Positions 39,070 through 49,456 are shown, counted from the stretch's first letter. The stretch is 64,000 nt of DNA from Gemmatimonadota bacterium (GCA_963666735.1 OY762926.1:3584001-3648000), one strand, 5' to 3'. Numbers and translations: made by a program. Notes: generated by a model not told the origin, from the letters alone.

Positions 39070-41334
39070 ATGGACCGATTTGCGGAAATCAAGCGCGACA
39101 TCGCTCTCTTCGCCGACCCCGGTTCGGAAGTGATGGTCGAGGGCGAGCTCCTGCTATGGCAAAAGGATGGCATCGAACAGGGTGCCAGGCTGACGCAGCG
39201 CCCCGGCGATTTCCCGGACGTTAAGGTCGAGGGAGGGCAGGCGATGCCGTATAGGACCTTCCTCGCCAGCTCTCATCTAGCCGACCTCGGCAGCTTGGCC
39301 GAGTTCATGCTCAAAACCATTCCGCGATTGGACCACTACGTCGAAACGCGCGCCGGCGCGACCGGCGAGGACTCCCCAACCGCATCGTCCGCCGAACGCC
39401 AAAACGCGGACAAGCTCATAGCATCACTCGCCCGGAACCTGCCGTACGGCTCGACTCGCGTGATCCTTGTGCAAGGCGCGGCGGGGTCCGGCAAGACGAT
39501 GGTCCTGAAGAACATGACCTTGGCTCAGGCCGGGAGATACCACACCCGATCTGCGGACTCGCTCTTCTTTTACATTGACGCGCAGGGGCGCGCGCTGTCA
39601 CGTCTTGACGATGCGATGGCTCGCGATCTTCAAGACCTTCGGTCGCGCTTCTCGTACAGCGCCGTTCCTGTTCTTGTCCGACGTGGGCTCCTGGTACCGG
39701 TCATCGATGGCTTTGACGAACTGTTGGGGAGCGGCGGTTACGACGAGGCGTTCTCTTCGCTGGCCGCTTTCATCGCGCGGCTGGAGGGAAACGGTGCCGT
39801 GATTGCCTCGGCTCGCTCTACTTTTTTTGACTACAACGCCTTCCGCCAGAACGCGGAGAGATACGCACACGATGGCAAGCTCAACTACGAGGTTGCGTCG
39901 GTAGACATCGAACCCTGGACGGATGCCGACGCGGACGAACTCGTGGCAAAAGCCGGTGATCCGGATCTCCTGACGGACTTCCGGCGCTTCCGGGGCACGC
40001 TGGATGAATCAAACCGGGCCCTGCTCAGAAAACCGTTCTACGTGTCGCGGATCGCGGCTCTCTTGACGGACGGCCGCCAGCTCGATTCGCATGAGGCGAT
40101 GCTCGACACGCTAGTCAACGCCTTCCTCGAGCGAGAGCGCGAGAAAGCCCAAGGTAGAGATGGCAATCCACTGCTCGACGTGAACGGCCATCGCCGGCTC
40201 TTGGTCATGCTCGCGGAGGAAATGTGGTGGCTGGAGGCGCGCCGACTCGACTTGGAGACGGTTCGGACGGTAGCGGAACTAGTGATGGATGAACTGGGCG
40301 TACCAGTCGATTCGGCGTGGCAGATCATCGAACGGATGCCATTCTATGGGTTGCTTCGCACGAGTGGCACGGGTGTCGGGAACCTGCGGTTCGAACATGA
40401 GATGTTCTATGGATACTTCCTAGCCGATGCCCTCAAGCGATGCATAGAGGGAGAGCGCGGAGAGCTTCGGCGGTTCTTGGCGCGCTCGGTGATCGACGAG
40501 TCCGTGGTGGATCAAGTCATTGCCCTGTATGACGGAGACGTGGATGCCTGCACGGACGCGGCGGTCAAGATATGTGGTGTCCTGCGGCGAGGGTTGGGCG
40601 ACAGCGTGGCTCGGCAAAATGGCGGTCGCTTCGTAGCACGGGCGATCAAGATCGGCGGGCGGCTGCGGAACGGGGTCAAGCTGAAGCATCTCTATTTCGA
40701 CCAGGATGATTTCGGTCAAGCGGTTCTGACGGAGCCGCAGTTTCAGAACTGCTACTTCGACCGCACAGACTTCACAGGCCTCAAGATGGTAAGACCGGGA
40801 TTCAGGGAGTGCACGATTCAGATGCCCAAACTGAGTCTGAATGGCACGCGGCTGGCAGAGGCGGATCCGGAGCTAGCCGACATGATGACGGGTGTCGAGA
40901 TCATCTCAAATGGCCATCGGGCCGGAGAACCGCCCACAAGGATTTACGCGCCTGAGCAGGTAAGGGAGGTCTTGATTCGATTGGGGATGAGGGGTGAGGA
41001 GAGCGGCGAGACGGGACCCAAGTACAATGACCGGCAGCGAGACCGCATACGATTGGTTGAGCGATTCCTCCTGAAAATGGAGCGCCGCTTCTACGTAGCA
41101 GCGGAGGATTTCGGTCGCCTCGGCTTGGCCGGTAGTCCTGAGTGGGACACCGTGTACGGCCTGCTCAAAGAATGTGGAATGACGAGAGAGGAGCGGCGGC
41201 CGATGTCCGGCCCGAGCAAGCCGCTGGTCCGCCTAAGCTACCCCGCAACCGTCATCCGGAGCGGCGAGAATACGGAAGACGGCCGGCATCCAGAAGTCCA
41301 GCGCTTCTGGCAGGAATTGTTGAACGCGAGATGA
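39070..41334 (+). CDS. NACHT/STAND NTPase with pentapeptide-like repeats
   Basis: Walker A GAAGSGKT, Walker B VIDGFDEL, ASAR sensor, FEHEMFYGYFLA wHTH motif, then FDQDDF/FQNCYFDRTDF/FRECTI repeats. Confidence 0.8.
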   Translation: MDRFAEIKRDIALFADPGSEVMVEGELLLWQKDGIEQGARLTQRPGDFPDVKVEGGQAMPYRTFLASSHLADLGSLAEFMLKTIPRLDHYVETRAGATGEDSPTASSAERQNADKLIASLARNLPYGSTRVILVQGAAGSGKTMVLKNMTLAQAGRYHTRSADSLFFYIDAQGRALSRLDDAMARDLQDLRSRFSYSAVPVLVRRGLLVPVIDGFDELLGSGGYDEAFSSLAAFIARLEGNGAVIASARSTFFDYNAFRQNAERYAHDGKLNYEVASVDIEPWTDADADELVAKAGDPDLLTDFRRFRGTLDESNRALLRKPFYVSRIAALLTDGRQLDSHEAMLDTLVNAFLEREREKAQGRDGNPLLDVNGHRRLLVMLAEEMWWLEARRLDLETVRTVAELVMDELGVPVDSAWQIIERMPFYGLLRTSGTGVGNLRFEHEMFYGYFLADALKRCIEGERGELRRFLARSVIDESVVDQVIALYDGDVDACTDAAVKICGVLRRGLGDSVARQNGGRFVARAIKIGGRLRNGVKLKHLYFDQDDFGQAVLTEPQFQNCYFDRTDFTGLKMVRPGFRECTIQMPKLSLNGTRLAEADPELADMMTGVEIISNGHRAGEPPTRIYAPEQVREVLIRLGMRGEESGETGPKYNDRQRDRIRLVERFLLKMERRFYVAAEDFGRLGLAGSPEWDTVYGLLKECGMTREERRPMSGPSKPLVRLSYPATVIRSGENTEDGRHPEVQRFWQELLNAR

Positions 41335-41352
41335 TTCCCCGGCGTCACGAGG

Positions 41353-41519
41353 CTACAAGCCGAAGTGGATCTCGCCGCGGCCGAGCGATTCGACGCCGAC
41401 CTCCCGTAGACCGCGCTGGATACGCTCTGCGAGCCAATGTGCGCGGTGATACCTGAGAGTCTTGCAGTCTCCATCGGTCAGGTAAACCGTGTTGAGTTGC
41501 TGCGTGATGCAGTGCAGTT
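41353..41519 (-). pseudogene. Detached 3' fragment of the IS-interrupted nuclease gene
   Basis: After removing the IS and one TSD the frame continues QLHCITQQLNTVYLTDGDCKTLRYHRAHWLAERIQRGLREVGVESLGRGEIHFGL*. Confidence 0.8.
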
Positions 41520-41524
41520 GTGAC

Positions 41525-43262
41525 CCCGGATCCTGCGATCATGGGCACGAGGCTGGTCCGGGAGGGCGGCCCGCATCCGGGCCGCGGAGGCCGTGACGAT
41601 AGCGAGAGCATAGTGTTGGACTATGGAAAAGCACCATCCGGGGCCCTACGTTCAGAGGGACTGGACAAGAGTTCACCCCGGAACGGAGGACACCCGAATG
41701 GTGCGTGGAAACGACTATACCGGATCGCGCACGCACGTGCAAGGATCGCCGGCGGCGCCGGGGGTCCGCGGGGGCGGCGGACGGATCACCGACGCGGGCG
41801 GCCTGGTCGTGGTCCGGAGGCTGTGGGACGCGCTGGGGCTGGGCCGTTGGATCGACGACCGGACCGGGAACGTCCCCGGCCGCTACCGGCCGTCGCTGAT
41901 GGTCGAGTTGTGGGTGGCGCTGCTCCTGTACGGCGGCGGGGTGATGGACGACCTGCCGCTTCTCGAGCGGCGGGGGGTACGCCGCATCTTCGGCTGGAGG
42001 CGGGTGCCGCACCCGGCCACGTTCGGGCGCTGGCTGCGGCGCTCGGCCGCGGTGATGTCCCCCCTGCTCGACGAGCTTCTGTGGCGGATGGTGCGGCGGC
42101 GCTGGGAGATGGCCGGCGGGGCGCCCCGGTCGGCGACGGTCGTCATGGACTCGACCGTCGTGGTGCGCTACGGGCTGAGACAGGCCGGGGCGGAGAAGGG
42201 CTACAATCCGAAGAAGCCGGGCCGTCCCTCGCACCATCCGCTGCTGGCCTACGTCTTGGAGACGGGCGACTGCCTCGGGGTGCGCTGGCGGCCGGGCAAC
42301 GCGCACACGGCCGGGGGAGCCGAGGCGTGGCTGGCCGGGCTGGTGGCCCGCCTGAGGGAGGCGGGGGTGCGGGACATCACCGTGCGGCTGGACAAGGGGT
42401 TCTTCTCCAAGCGCATCGCGGCGAGCATGGAGGAGCTCGGCGTCTCCTATCTGCTCAAGGTGCCGCGGTACGGCTGGCTCGACGGCTTCCGGGGCGCCTG
42501 GGAGACGGCCACCGCCGACGGGGCCGGGGACCGGGAGCTGAGGACCGCCTCCGGCGAGCTGTGGGGGACGCGGCTTCTCTCGGTCGAGAGGCGGAGACGG
42601 ACCGGCCCCGCGGAGGGGGAGCTCGATCTCGAGGCGTGGGAGACCGCGATGAGCGCCGACGTTCTGACCAACATCCGGGGCATCGGCCCCATCGAGGCGT
42701 GGCGCGCCTACAACGCGGGCGCGGTCGTCGAGCAGCGGATCGAGGAGTTGGGCCAGCTTTCGGCCGGGCGCACCGCGGTGGACGATCTGGGCGGAAACGC
42801 CCTCCTGTGGGGCCTCGCCGCGCTCGCCTACCAGCTCCTCCACATCCTGCGCGCGAACTGCCTCGGCCGTCGGTGGCGGGTCGTACAGCCGCGCGGCATC
42901 CGGCTGCGCCTGCTGCGCGCCCCGGCCAGGATCACCTCCCACGCCCGCCGAACCTCGCTCGGGTTCGCGCGCGGCGAACCGGCCCTCGGCCTCCCGCGGC
43001 GGGCGCTCCGCACCATCGAGAACGGCCTCCCGCCGCCCGCGCCCGCCTGACCGACCCCGGACCCGGCCTTGCGAAGGCGCCGCGCGGCGGCGCCCCGTTC
43101 CCGTGTCTCCGCGCGCCGCCCGGGGTCCCTCCCGAACCCCGCCGGCCCCCCACCGAGGCCCGGTCCGGCCCCGAAAACGCCACCACCCGCGCCAAGTCGC
43201 CACAGCCGCAGATCATAACCGCGCCTCCGGCCGTCCGACTATGCGCCAACGCAGGATCCGGG
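41525..43262 (+). mobile_element. IS1380-family insertion sequence
   Basis: Perfect 13-bp IRs CCCGGATCCTGCG (41525-41537) and CGCAGGATCCGGG (43250-43262); 5-bp direct repeat GTGAC at 41520-41524 and 43263-43267. Confidence 0.9.
41698..43050 (+). CDS. IS1380-family DDE transposase
   Basis: ITDAGGL, MDST, GYNPKKPGRPSHHPL, RPGNAH, VRLDKGF, YNAGAVVEQRIEE; GGAGG before ATG 41698. Confidence 0.88.
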   Translation: MVRGNDYTGSRTHVQGSPAAPGVRGGGGRITDAGGLVVVRRLWDALGLGRWIDDRTGNVPGRYRPSLMVELWVALLLYGGGVMDDLPLLERRGVRRIFGWRRVPHPATFGRWLRRSAAVMSPLLDELLWRMVRRRWEMAGGAPRSATVVMDSTVVVRYGLRQAGAEKGYNPKKPGRPSHHPLLAYVLETGDCLGVRWRPGNAHTAGGAEAWLAGLVARLREAGVRDITVRLDKGFFSKRIAASMEELGVSYLLKVPRYGWLDGFRGAWETATADGAGDRELRTASGELWGTRLLSVERRRRTGPAEGELDLEAWETAMSADVLTNIRGIGPIEAWRAYNAGAVVEQRIEELGQLSAGRTAVDDLGGNALLWGLAALAYQLLHILRANCLGRRWRVVQPRGIRLRLLRAPARITSHARRTSLGFARGEPALGLPRRALRTIENGLPPPAPA

Positions 43263-44076
43263 GTGACAAATCACTGAGGTTCCACCAGCTGATTCGTATG
43301 AAGCTGATAGCCGCGAAGATGTGACGCCGTCCCTCTCGTATCCCCTCTGAGGAGTCATCAAAAATCTGTTGGTGGATGCGCTCTGCGAGAGAGACGTGTT
43401 CCTCCCGCAGGACATTGAGGACAGGCGACCCGTGCTCAAAGCGCACCGGCCAGTCCGGCGAAAGACAATCTGTCAGGTCTACAACTAGGGCACCACCGTG
43501 GAAGCGCTTACGTACGACACCGTCGTCCCGTTTGAGCAACAGCTGCTTCGCTGCCTTCGAGACCATGTTGCGGACGTGGCCAAGACTCTCGGGTCGCTTC
43601 ACTTCCACGGAATATTGCTTCGTGCTCTCCGTGATTATGACATCTGGACTCTTCCCGTCCTTCTTGAGCTCTACGCGGCCGGGTGCCGTTCCGCTCGCGG
43701 CAATCATGGCGATGGCCCAAAGTTCGCTCTGCGCCCGATAAGCCGCGTGCGGGGTCAGCCCAAGGCGGCCGCCGATTGCATCTCGGAAGGCTGTGATGAT
43801 CGGGCGCGGCTTGCAGGGGCCAAGCATGTTGCCGATTACCCAGAAATTCTGCGCGTCGCGAACCGCATGGGCGATCCGTACCAGATCTACACGCGAGCCC
43901 GAAAAAGCGCCGGACGGCCTAACGGATCGTAGTACGCGGACGGTCTCCGCCACGCGGCTGCTCCCGGATACGGGGATCCCCGCCCAGCGCTTGATCTTGC
44001 CTATCGTGTCCTCCAGACGGTCGGCAAGGAGCGGCATGGCATCCGGGGTAAGGTGTCTGTTACTCGTCGGGGTCAT
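43263..44076 (-). pseudogene. Putative PD-(D/E)xK nuclease, 5' part, interrupted by IS
   Basis: SELW...SPDVII..YSVEVKRP motif; the C-terminus in the ORF track is IS-derived read-through. Confidence 0.65.
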
Positions 44077-44124
44077 TAGAGGCAGCTTGCATCTCGTTGG
44101 AGACGTGGCGGTGCCAGGGCGGAC

Positions 44125-47100
44125 TTAGGCGGACTTGAGGTCGTCGGAGACTTCGGCCAGCGCCGTGTCGATGCCGGCCCGTTCCTCGTCCGAGATGTCG
44201 CCGGTGAGTCTGACGGAGACCTCGAAGCCGAGTTCGGCGGAGCCGGCGGCGGCGAGGAGGTTCGGGGCCCTGTCGGCCAGTTCCTGTAGCTGTCCCACAT
44301 CGAGCTTGGCGGCGGCGGGCGGCGGGGGGGGTGTTAGAGGGCTGTCCTGGCGGACCCGTATCTTGAGTTGTGTGGCTTGATCGTACTCGCAGTCGGGGTT
44401 GGCGCTTCCGTCCGCGAGCACGAGCCAATGTGCGTTGATCGCGGCGCGGATTCCCTCGCGCACGAGCCCCCACGGAAGATTCGTCGAGTGTTCCTGCGAG
44501 AGCGCTTGGGCGAGGGTCAGGCCGGTCGTGGCGTCGTCGCGCCAGGCGGCGGCCTGGATGGCTTCGGATCGAAGATCTTGCGGCGTCAACGGGTCCGGTG
44601 GCGGGCGGAGTGTCGCCTTGTCGTTCAGCGCTCCTGCGGGCACTGGCTCCTTCCAGGAGGTAGCGGGGGGATTCGTAAGCCAGACGGTGCCCGACTCCAC
44701 CGCCTGCCCCACAGTTTCCAGCACCGTGTCGGCGGGGCACGCCGGAATCGTGACCATATCGTCGTAGTGGTCGCGGGGGATCTTCGCGACATGCCCGCCC
44801 GCGAAGTAGTTCAGGAGCGTCGCGACCGGCAGGACCGAGCCGGTTTCGCCGCTGTCGTCGTCCGTCCACAGGCTGGGCAGCGTCCCGGGAGCGAGCAGCG
44901 GTTCCGGCAGCCGGGTGAGTTCCGCCTTCTCCGGCAGGACGATCTCCAGCGCCTCGTCACTCGCCGCCTCGGCCTCCACCGGTTCGCGCCACCGCGTGCG
45001 GAAGCTGCCGTCGGGCCGTCTCAGCCGGGCGACGAACAGGCCCTCGCGGACCCCGGCCATTACCGTATCGGTGACGAGCTTTGGCCTCAATACCTTCGGG
45101 AGCCTTGGATGCCGGGCGAAGGCCCCGGCCAACTGGCTCGCGAAACGCGCGTCGTCTCCCTCCTGCCAGAGGTCGTACGGTCCGCCGGGAAGGAGGGCCT
45201 CGGCGTTCACCGGCGTGTCGGTGAGGCGCGTCTTGTCGTGTCCCTTGATCTCCTCAAAAAGCGGCTGTCCGCTGGCGGGGAGCTTGAAGGCGTGAACGCT
45301 GTTCTCCGCGTCCACCGTCACGACGATCCCGTAGGCCTGTCGAATGACGCTCGGCAACTCCGCCTGGGTGTTGGTCTTCTTGCGCCGGAGGCGTTGCGAC
45401 CGCACCGGATCCACCGTTTGGGTCGCGAGCTGCGATTCCACGTCCTCCCAGCCGAGCAGCGCCCGCACTCGGGTGCGCGCCGCATCCAGGCCCTCGCGCG
45501 AAGGCACGGCGATGACCACCGCGTTGCGGTTCACGCGGGGGCGGTTCGGCCCCGTGGTCTCGTCGAGAAACCGCTTCGCGATTCTGCTCGGTTTGCCCGA
45601 CTCCGACGCCGCGTCGGGGCCGAGGATCACGTACCGGAAGCTGCCGTCGTCGGCGACATCTCCGGGCGACTTCGGCAGCACGTGCACGCCTGCCCCGGCG
45701 GCTGCCGCGCCACTCGTAAGGGGCTTCGTCTTGCGGATGAAATCTCCCAGCCGTGTCTCCACCATGTCTGCGGTGACTCGGTCCTTGCAGGCCTGGTCGT
45801 GCATCTGTTTCAGGTTGGGCGCGTTGCCCAGACGCCACGACTTGGGGAGGCCCCGCTCCGCGCCGTAACCGGCCGCGTCGTCCCCGATGTCGGCGTCGTC
45901 GAGGAACCAGGAGGTTTCGCGCCAGCGGAGCAGCCCCTTCTCCAGTTCGATTCTGTCCGGCCCTGAGCCGCCCACGAGCCGGAGCAGCTCAGGCGTTTGC
46001 GCCTTCTGGCCCACCGGCTGCGAGCAGAGAAAGACGGCTGCGACGGCCTGCTCCGCCTCGCGCGCCGGCTGGAGCGCCGCGCACTCACGCTGCACATCCC
46101 GCGCCTTGTCCAGTTCGGCCTCGAGCAGGGGAACCCATTCCGTCTTCTTGCCCTGCACGTCGTCCGTCGAGGCGACGCCCGCGAGTTCCCGCACGGCCTC
46201 GGAGACGTTGGCGGAATCGGGCTCGGCGAGGAGGACGGCGGGACCGACGAGCGGACTCCGGTCCCATGACTCCGCGTCCCGGAGCGCGGTGGCGAGCGTG
46301 CGCAGGATGCCCCGCGTGCGCTGGAAGCTCGCGATCTGCGTCCAGCGACTGTACAGCGCATCCGTCATGTCCGGGTGGAACGGGAAGCTGTGCAGGAACC
46401 GCTCTTCGGCCTCCTTCTTTCCGCGCCGTGTCGTTTCGTCGAGCTTGGCGATGCCCTTCACGATCCCGATCACATGCGGCTTGTATCCCTGCGGATCGCG
46501 GATGCTCTCGGGCTCGAAGAAGCGGCGGCGCAGGACTTCCGCCACATCCTCTCTCTGCACCGGCTGCACGCCCTCCTCGCGCTGCCGGCGAAAGATGTCC
46601 GCGATATCGCGCAGGATCCTTCTGCCCAGGGTATCGGTCGTTCGCGCCGGGTCCGTGGCGAGGATGGACGCGACGATCGCTGCCCGGTCGATCTTCGCCA
46701 CGGCCTGCGTGAGGTACTGGAAGAAGTTCCGCAGGTGCGCCACCCACTCCTCGGCCACGCCCGCCTTGGCATGGGCGTACATCATGACCTCGTCCAGAAG
46801 GATGAGCGTGGCCGTCCCGTCCCGTTGCTGTCGCTCGATCAGCTTGACGAGGAGGGGCTCCGCAGGCGGCGTGTCGCGCTCCTCGTCTTCGTTGTTCGCG
46901 TGCAGCAGGCGGAGACCGTCCGCCCCGGCAAGTTGGAAGGCGAGCACGCTCCAAGGATGCTTGAGCGCGCGCCGCTCTCCGTCGGGGGCGCGCACACCCT
47001 CGATGCCCTTTTCCACATCGATCTTGTCGAAGCAGAGCGCGGCCATCGCGGCGCGGGGAAGGTGGGAGTCCGCGTGCTCGCGGAACTCCCGAACCGCGGC

Positions 47101-47430
47101 GATGTCCGGCAGCCCGCCGGGATCGTGGAACAGGTGATGGAGGGTGATGAGGGTATGCGTCTTGCCGCCGCCGTACGTCATCTCAAGCTGGCGGACGGCC
47201 TTGCTGTTCTGCCCCGCCAGTCGCCCCGCGACGTCCCGCACAAGCTCCCGCAGTGCGTGCGTGGGGTAGGTCAGTGCGAAGAACTTCTCTGGATCCTCGT
47301 AGATGGGCCGCTTCCCCGCCTCCGTGACCACCTCGTGCAGGTCGGCGGCGAACTCGGCGAGCGAGAGCTCCCCGGAACGTAGTTCCGGCTTGAGACGAAC
47401 GATCTCGTGCCAAGGCGCGGGGGTGGGCAT
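44125..47430 (-). CDS. DUF499 family AAA+ ATPase (HmaC-like)
   Basis: EFAADL, FFALTYPT, YGGGKTHTL, LILLDE, FPFHP, FQRTRGILR. Confidence 0.88.
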   Translation of the reverse strand: MPTPAPWHEIVRLKPELRSGELSLAEFAADLHEVVTEAGKRPIYEDPEKFFALTYPTHALRELVRDVAGRLAGQNSKAVRQLEMTYGGGKTHTLITLHHLFHDPGGLPDIAAVREFREHADSHLPRAAMAALCFDKIDVEKGIEGVRAPDGERRALKHPWSVLAFQLAGADGLRLLHANNEDEERDTPPAEPLLVKLIERQQRDGTATLILLDEVMMYAHAKAGVAEEWVAHLRNFFQYLTQAVAKIDRAAIVASILATDPARTTDTLGRRILRDIADIFRRQREEGVQPVQREDVAEVLRRRFFEPESIRDPQGYKPHVIGIVKGIAKLDETTRRGKKEAEERFLHSFPFHPDMTDALYSRWTQIASFQRTRGILRTLATALRDAESWDRSPLVGPAVLLAEPDSANVSEAVRELAGVASTDDVQGKKTEWVPLLEAELDKARDVQRECAALQPAREAEQAVAAVFLCSQPVGQKAQTPELLRLVGGSGPDRIELEKGLLRWRETSWFLDDADIGDDAAGYGAERGLPKSWRLGNAPNLKQMHDQACKDRVTADMVETRLGDFIRKTKPLTSGAAAAGAGVHVLPKSPGDVADDGSFRYVILGPDAASESGKPSRIAKRFLDETTGPNRPRVNRNAVVIAVPSREGLDAARTRVRALLGWEDVESQLATQTVDPVRSQRLRRKKTNTQAELPSVIRQAYGIVVTVDAENSVHAFKLPASGQPLFEEIKGHDKTRLTDTPVNAEALLPGGPYDLWQEGDDARFASQLAGAFARHPRLPKVLRPKLVTDTVMAGVREGLFVARLRRPDGSFRTRWREPVEAEAASDEALEIVLPEKAELTRLPEPLLAPGTLPSLWTDDDSGETGSVLPVATLLNYFAGGHVAKIPRDHYDDMVTIPACPADTVLETVGQAVESGTVWLTNPPATSWKEPVPAGALNDKATLRPPPDPLTPQDLRSEAIQAAAWRDDATTGLTLAQALSQEHSTNLPWGLVREGIRAAINAHWLVLADGSANPDCEYDQATQLKIRVRQDSPLTPPPPPAAAKLDVGQLQELADRAPNLLAAAGSAELGFEVSVRLTGDISDEERAGIDTALAEVSDDLKSA

Positions 47431-47435
47431 GGTGA

Positions 47436-47909
47436 CTATCCGTTGGGACACAGGTCGGTTCGGTTGAGCAGGTCCCGTCGCCGCTTCACCGCCTTCCCGC
47501 TCTCACAGGTCGGATAGATGCGTCCGCGGGGGCCCGCGATCAGAGCTGGGTTCTTGAAATCGGCGCGTAGATCCCCATCGCGGGAGTAGAGGAGCCGGGC
47601 ACGGCTCACCCGCGCCAGCGCTATGATATGCTCGTCCTTCGACCTGCAAAGCCGTTTTGCGCGTACGGCCGACGTTTCCTGTTCGACCGTTTCGTCAGGG
47701 AATCGTCTCACCCGGCCGCCAAGGATCCCTTCCTTAACCCAAGCGCGGAACTTGCCGTTCTCGGAGAGTTCCTCCAGTAGCTTGCCACCGACGACGAGAC
47801 GGGCGCGCGGCGTTTCGAGCCAGTCAAAAAACTGTTCTCCCGGTGGAGCGCGGTCCGGAGTAAACACTTCCCCCAGAACGTTGACGTCGATGATTGCGCA
47901 CATGTTCAA
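47436..47909 (-). CDS. PIN-domain protein
   Basis: IIDVNV, DEHIIALA, LLYSRDGDL acidic PIN motifs; overlaps the upstream ATPase stop. Confidence 0.7.
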   Translation of the reverse strand: MNMCAIIDVNVLGEVFTPDRAPPGEQFFDWLETPRARLVVGGKLLEELSENGKFRAWVKEGILGGRVRRFPDETVEQETSAVRAKRLCRSKDEHIIALARVSRARLLYSRDGDLRADFKNPALIAGPRGRIYPTCESGKAVKRRRDLLNRTDLCPNG

Positions 47910-49321
47910 AGCCCTAGGGATCTGCGAGTCTCGATTCTAAAAAACTCGCGGTAGCCGTCCGGTATCGCGCCATCTTGCGCCACCAAGTTGCCGTTGGCGT
48001 CCCACGCCAGCGAGTGGATCGTCACCGAGAGGTTCCGGCGTTTGAAGTACAGGATCGACACGTCTTCAGGTCTCAGCTTGCTCCGACCATCGCGCACGTC
48101 CATCCGAATGCGATCCATGAGGTGGTCGCTGTGCGTCTCGACGAGGAGTTGGCGTCCTCGAGCGGCCACATCGCAGAACAAGCTGCCGAGTGCGGCTTGT
48201 GCGCTAGGGTGAAGATGGACCTCTGGCTGTTGTAACAAGAACATCTCCGGTCCCTGCGGGCGAAGAAGTTCGGTAACGATGGGGAGCACCTGGCTTACTC
48301 CGTAACCGACGTCGATTATGTTCCGGCGGGGTCCCTTGGCGCGTGTGCCAAACTTCCTGATTTGAATCTGAAAGGGTCCGCCGACCTGCCCACCGAGTGT
48401 CTTGATGGCGATCTCATCGAAAAGGCCTGCCTCCTGCCCGAACGTTTCAAGCGACGACTTGAGGGATTCCCATGTGCGGTCGTTCCGGCGTGCAGCGCTC
48501 GACAGAAACATGGGGATGTGCTCGCCCTCCGCATCTTCAAGCGGATGCGACGGATCGTACGTTCTACGTGGGTGTGAGCGAACAGGCGCGCTCGAAAACG
48601 GTCGTGCGGAGCGCCCCTCGATCGGCGGCTCAAGGCCGAAGAGTTCCTCAATATCCTCCTTGGTCGGTGAGACTCTAGTACCGCTTGACGCGTCGGGTTG
48701 CGCGGATTCCGATACGGTCCTGCCGAGGAAATATCGAACCAAGAATCCGAGAGGAGGTAGCCTGCGTTGCTGGATGTCCGAGAGTGCAGGCGCCAGACCC
48801 CACGATCCGCCTCTGAGGTCTGGACGCTTGAGTTCCCACTTCCCATTACGTGTTGAGAACCGAAGCGAGACGTCCACGCCGTCGCCGGGGATGCAGGCCT
48901 CCACCCACGCGCTCTTGCTTTCGATGCGCCGTACGCTCGGGACGGGAGCGGCACCGTCGCGGCGGAACGTGGCGCGAAACCGGAATGCATGGTTCCGCGC
49001 GGTTGGGATCGGCCTATCTTCATGTTGCCGCGCTCCCCCTTGGTCTTCCCAGGAAAGCTCTGCTCCGAACTCCACCGCACGGCCGCCTCTGCCACCGCGG
49101 TGATGCGCGATCTCATCGAAACTACCGAGATCATACGGCGGCTCTTTGAAGTCGGGAAACCGGTCGTGGAACGCAACGTCCCAGAGGACCTGTAGGAGCG
49201 CGAGGAACGACGTTTTGCCCGTGCTGTTTTCTCCTACTAGGAGCGTGAGCGGTGCAAGACGGGCCGTCTGCTTCCGCCGGAAACACCGGAAATCGGACAA
49301 GCTGAGTTCGTTAATGTGCAT
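47906..49321 (-). CDS. ABC/SMC-like ATPase (AAA_15/AAA_21 type)
   Basis: DFRCF, GENSTGKTS, GYGVSQVLP signature, QQPEVHLHP, ETHSDH. Confidence 0.85.
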   Translation of the reverse strand: MHINELSLSDFRCFRRKQTARLAPLTLLVGENSTGKTSFLALLQVLWDVAFHDRFPDFKEPPYDLGSFDEIAHHRGGRGGRAVEFGAELSWEDQGGARQHEDRPIPTARNHAFRFRATFRRDGAAPVPSVRRIESKSAWVEACIPGDGVDVSLRFSTRNGKWELKRPDLRGGSWGLAPALSDIQQRRLPPLGFLVRYFLGRTVSESAQPDASSGTRVSPTKEDIEELFGLEPPIEGRSARPFSSAPVRSHPRRTYDPSHPLEDAEGEHIPMFLSSAARRNDRTWESLKSSLETFGQEAGLFDEIAIKTLGGQVGGPFQIQIRKFGTRAKGPRRNIIDVGYGVSQVLPIVTELLRPQGPEMFLLQQPEVHLHPSAQAALGSLFCDVAARGRQLLVETHSDHLMDRIRMDVRDGRSKLRPEDVSILYFKRRNLSVTIHSLAWDANGNLVAQDGAIPDGYREFFRIETRRSLGL

Positions 49322-49456
49322 CGTACCGACCAGACTCCTTGGGTCGTCGTGGACGCAAGGTTACGCCCACGGCAGGGGTGGCGGAAGGCTGGCCACCTCG
49401 CCGTGCATGAACGGACGCATATGGTTCGGGACCGAGGGCGGGTCGGCACGCGTCAC

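Noticed and set aside
43213..43262. C-terminus PRILRWRIVGRPEARL of the 287-aa ORF
   Set aside because: Read-through into the IS end, not native sequence
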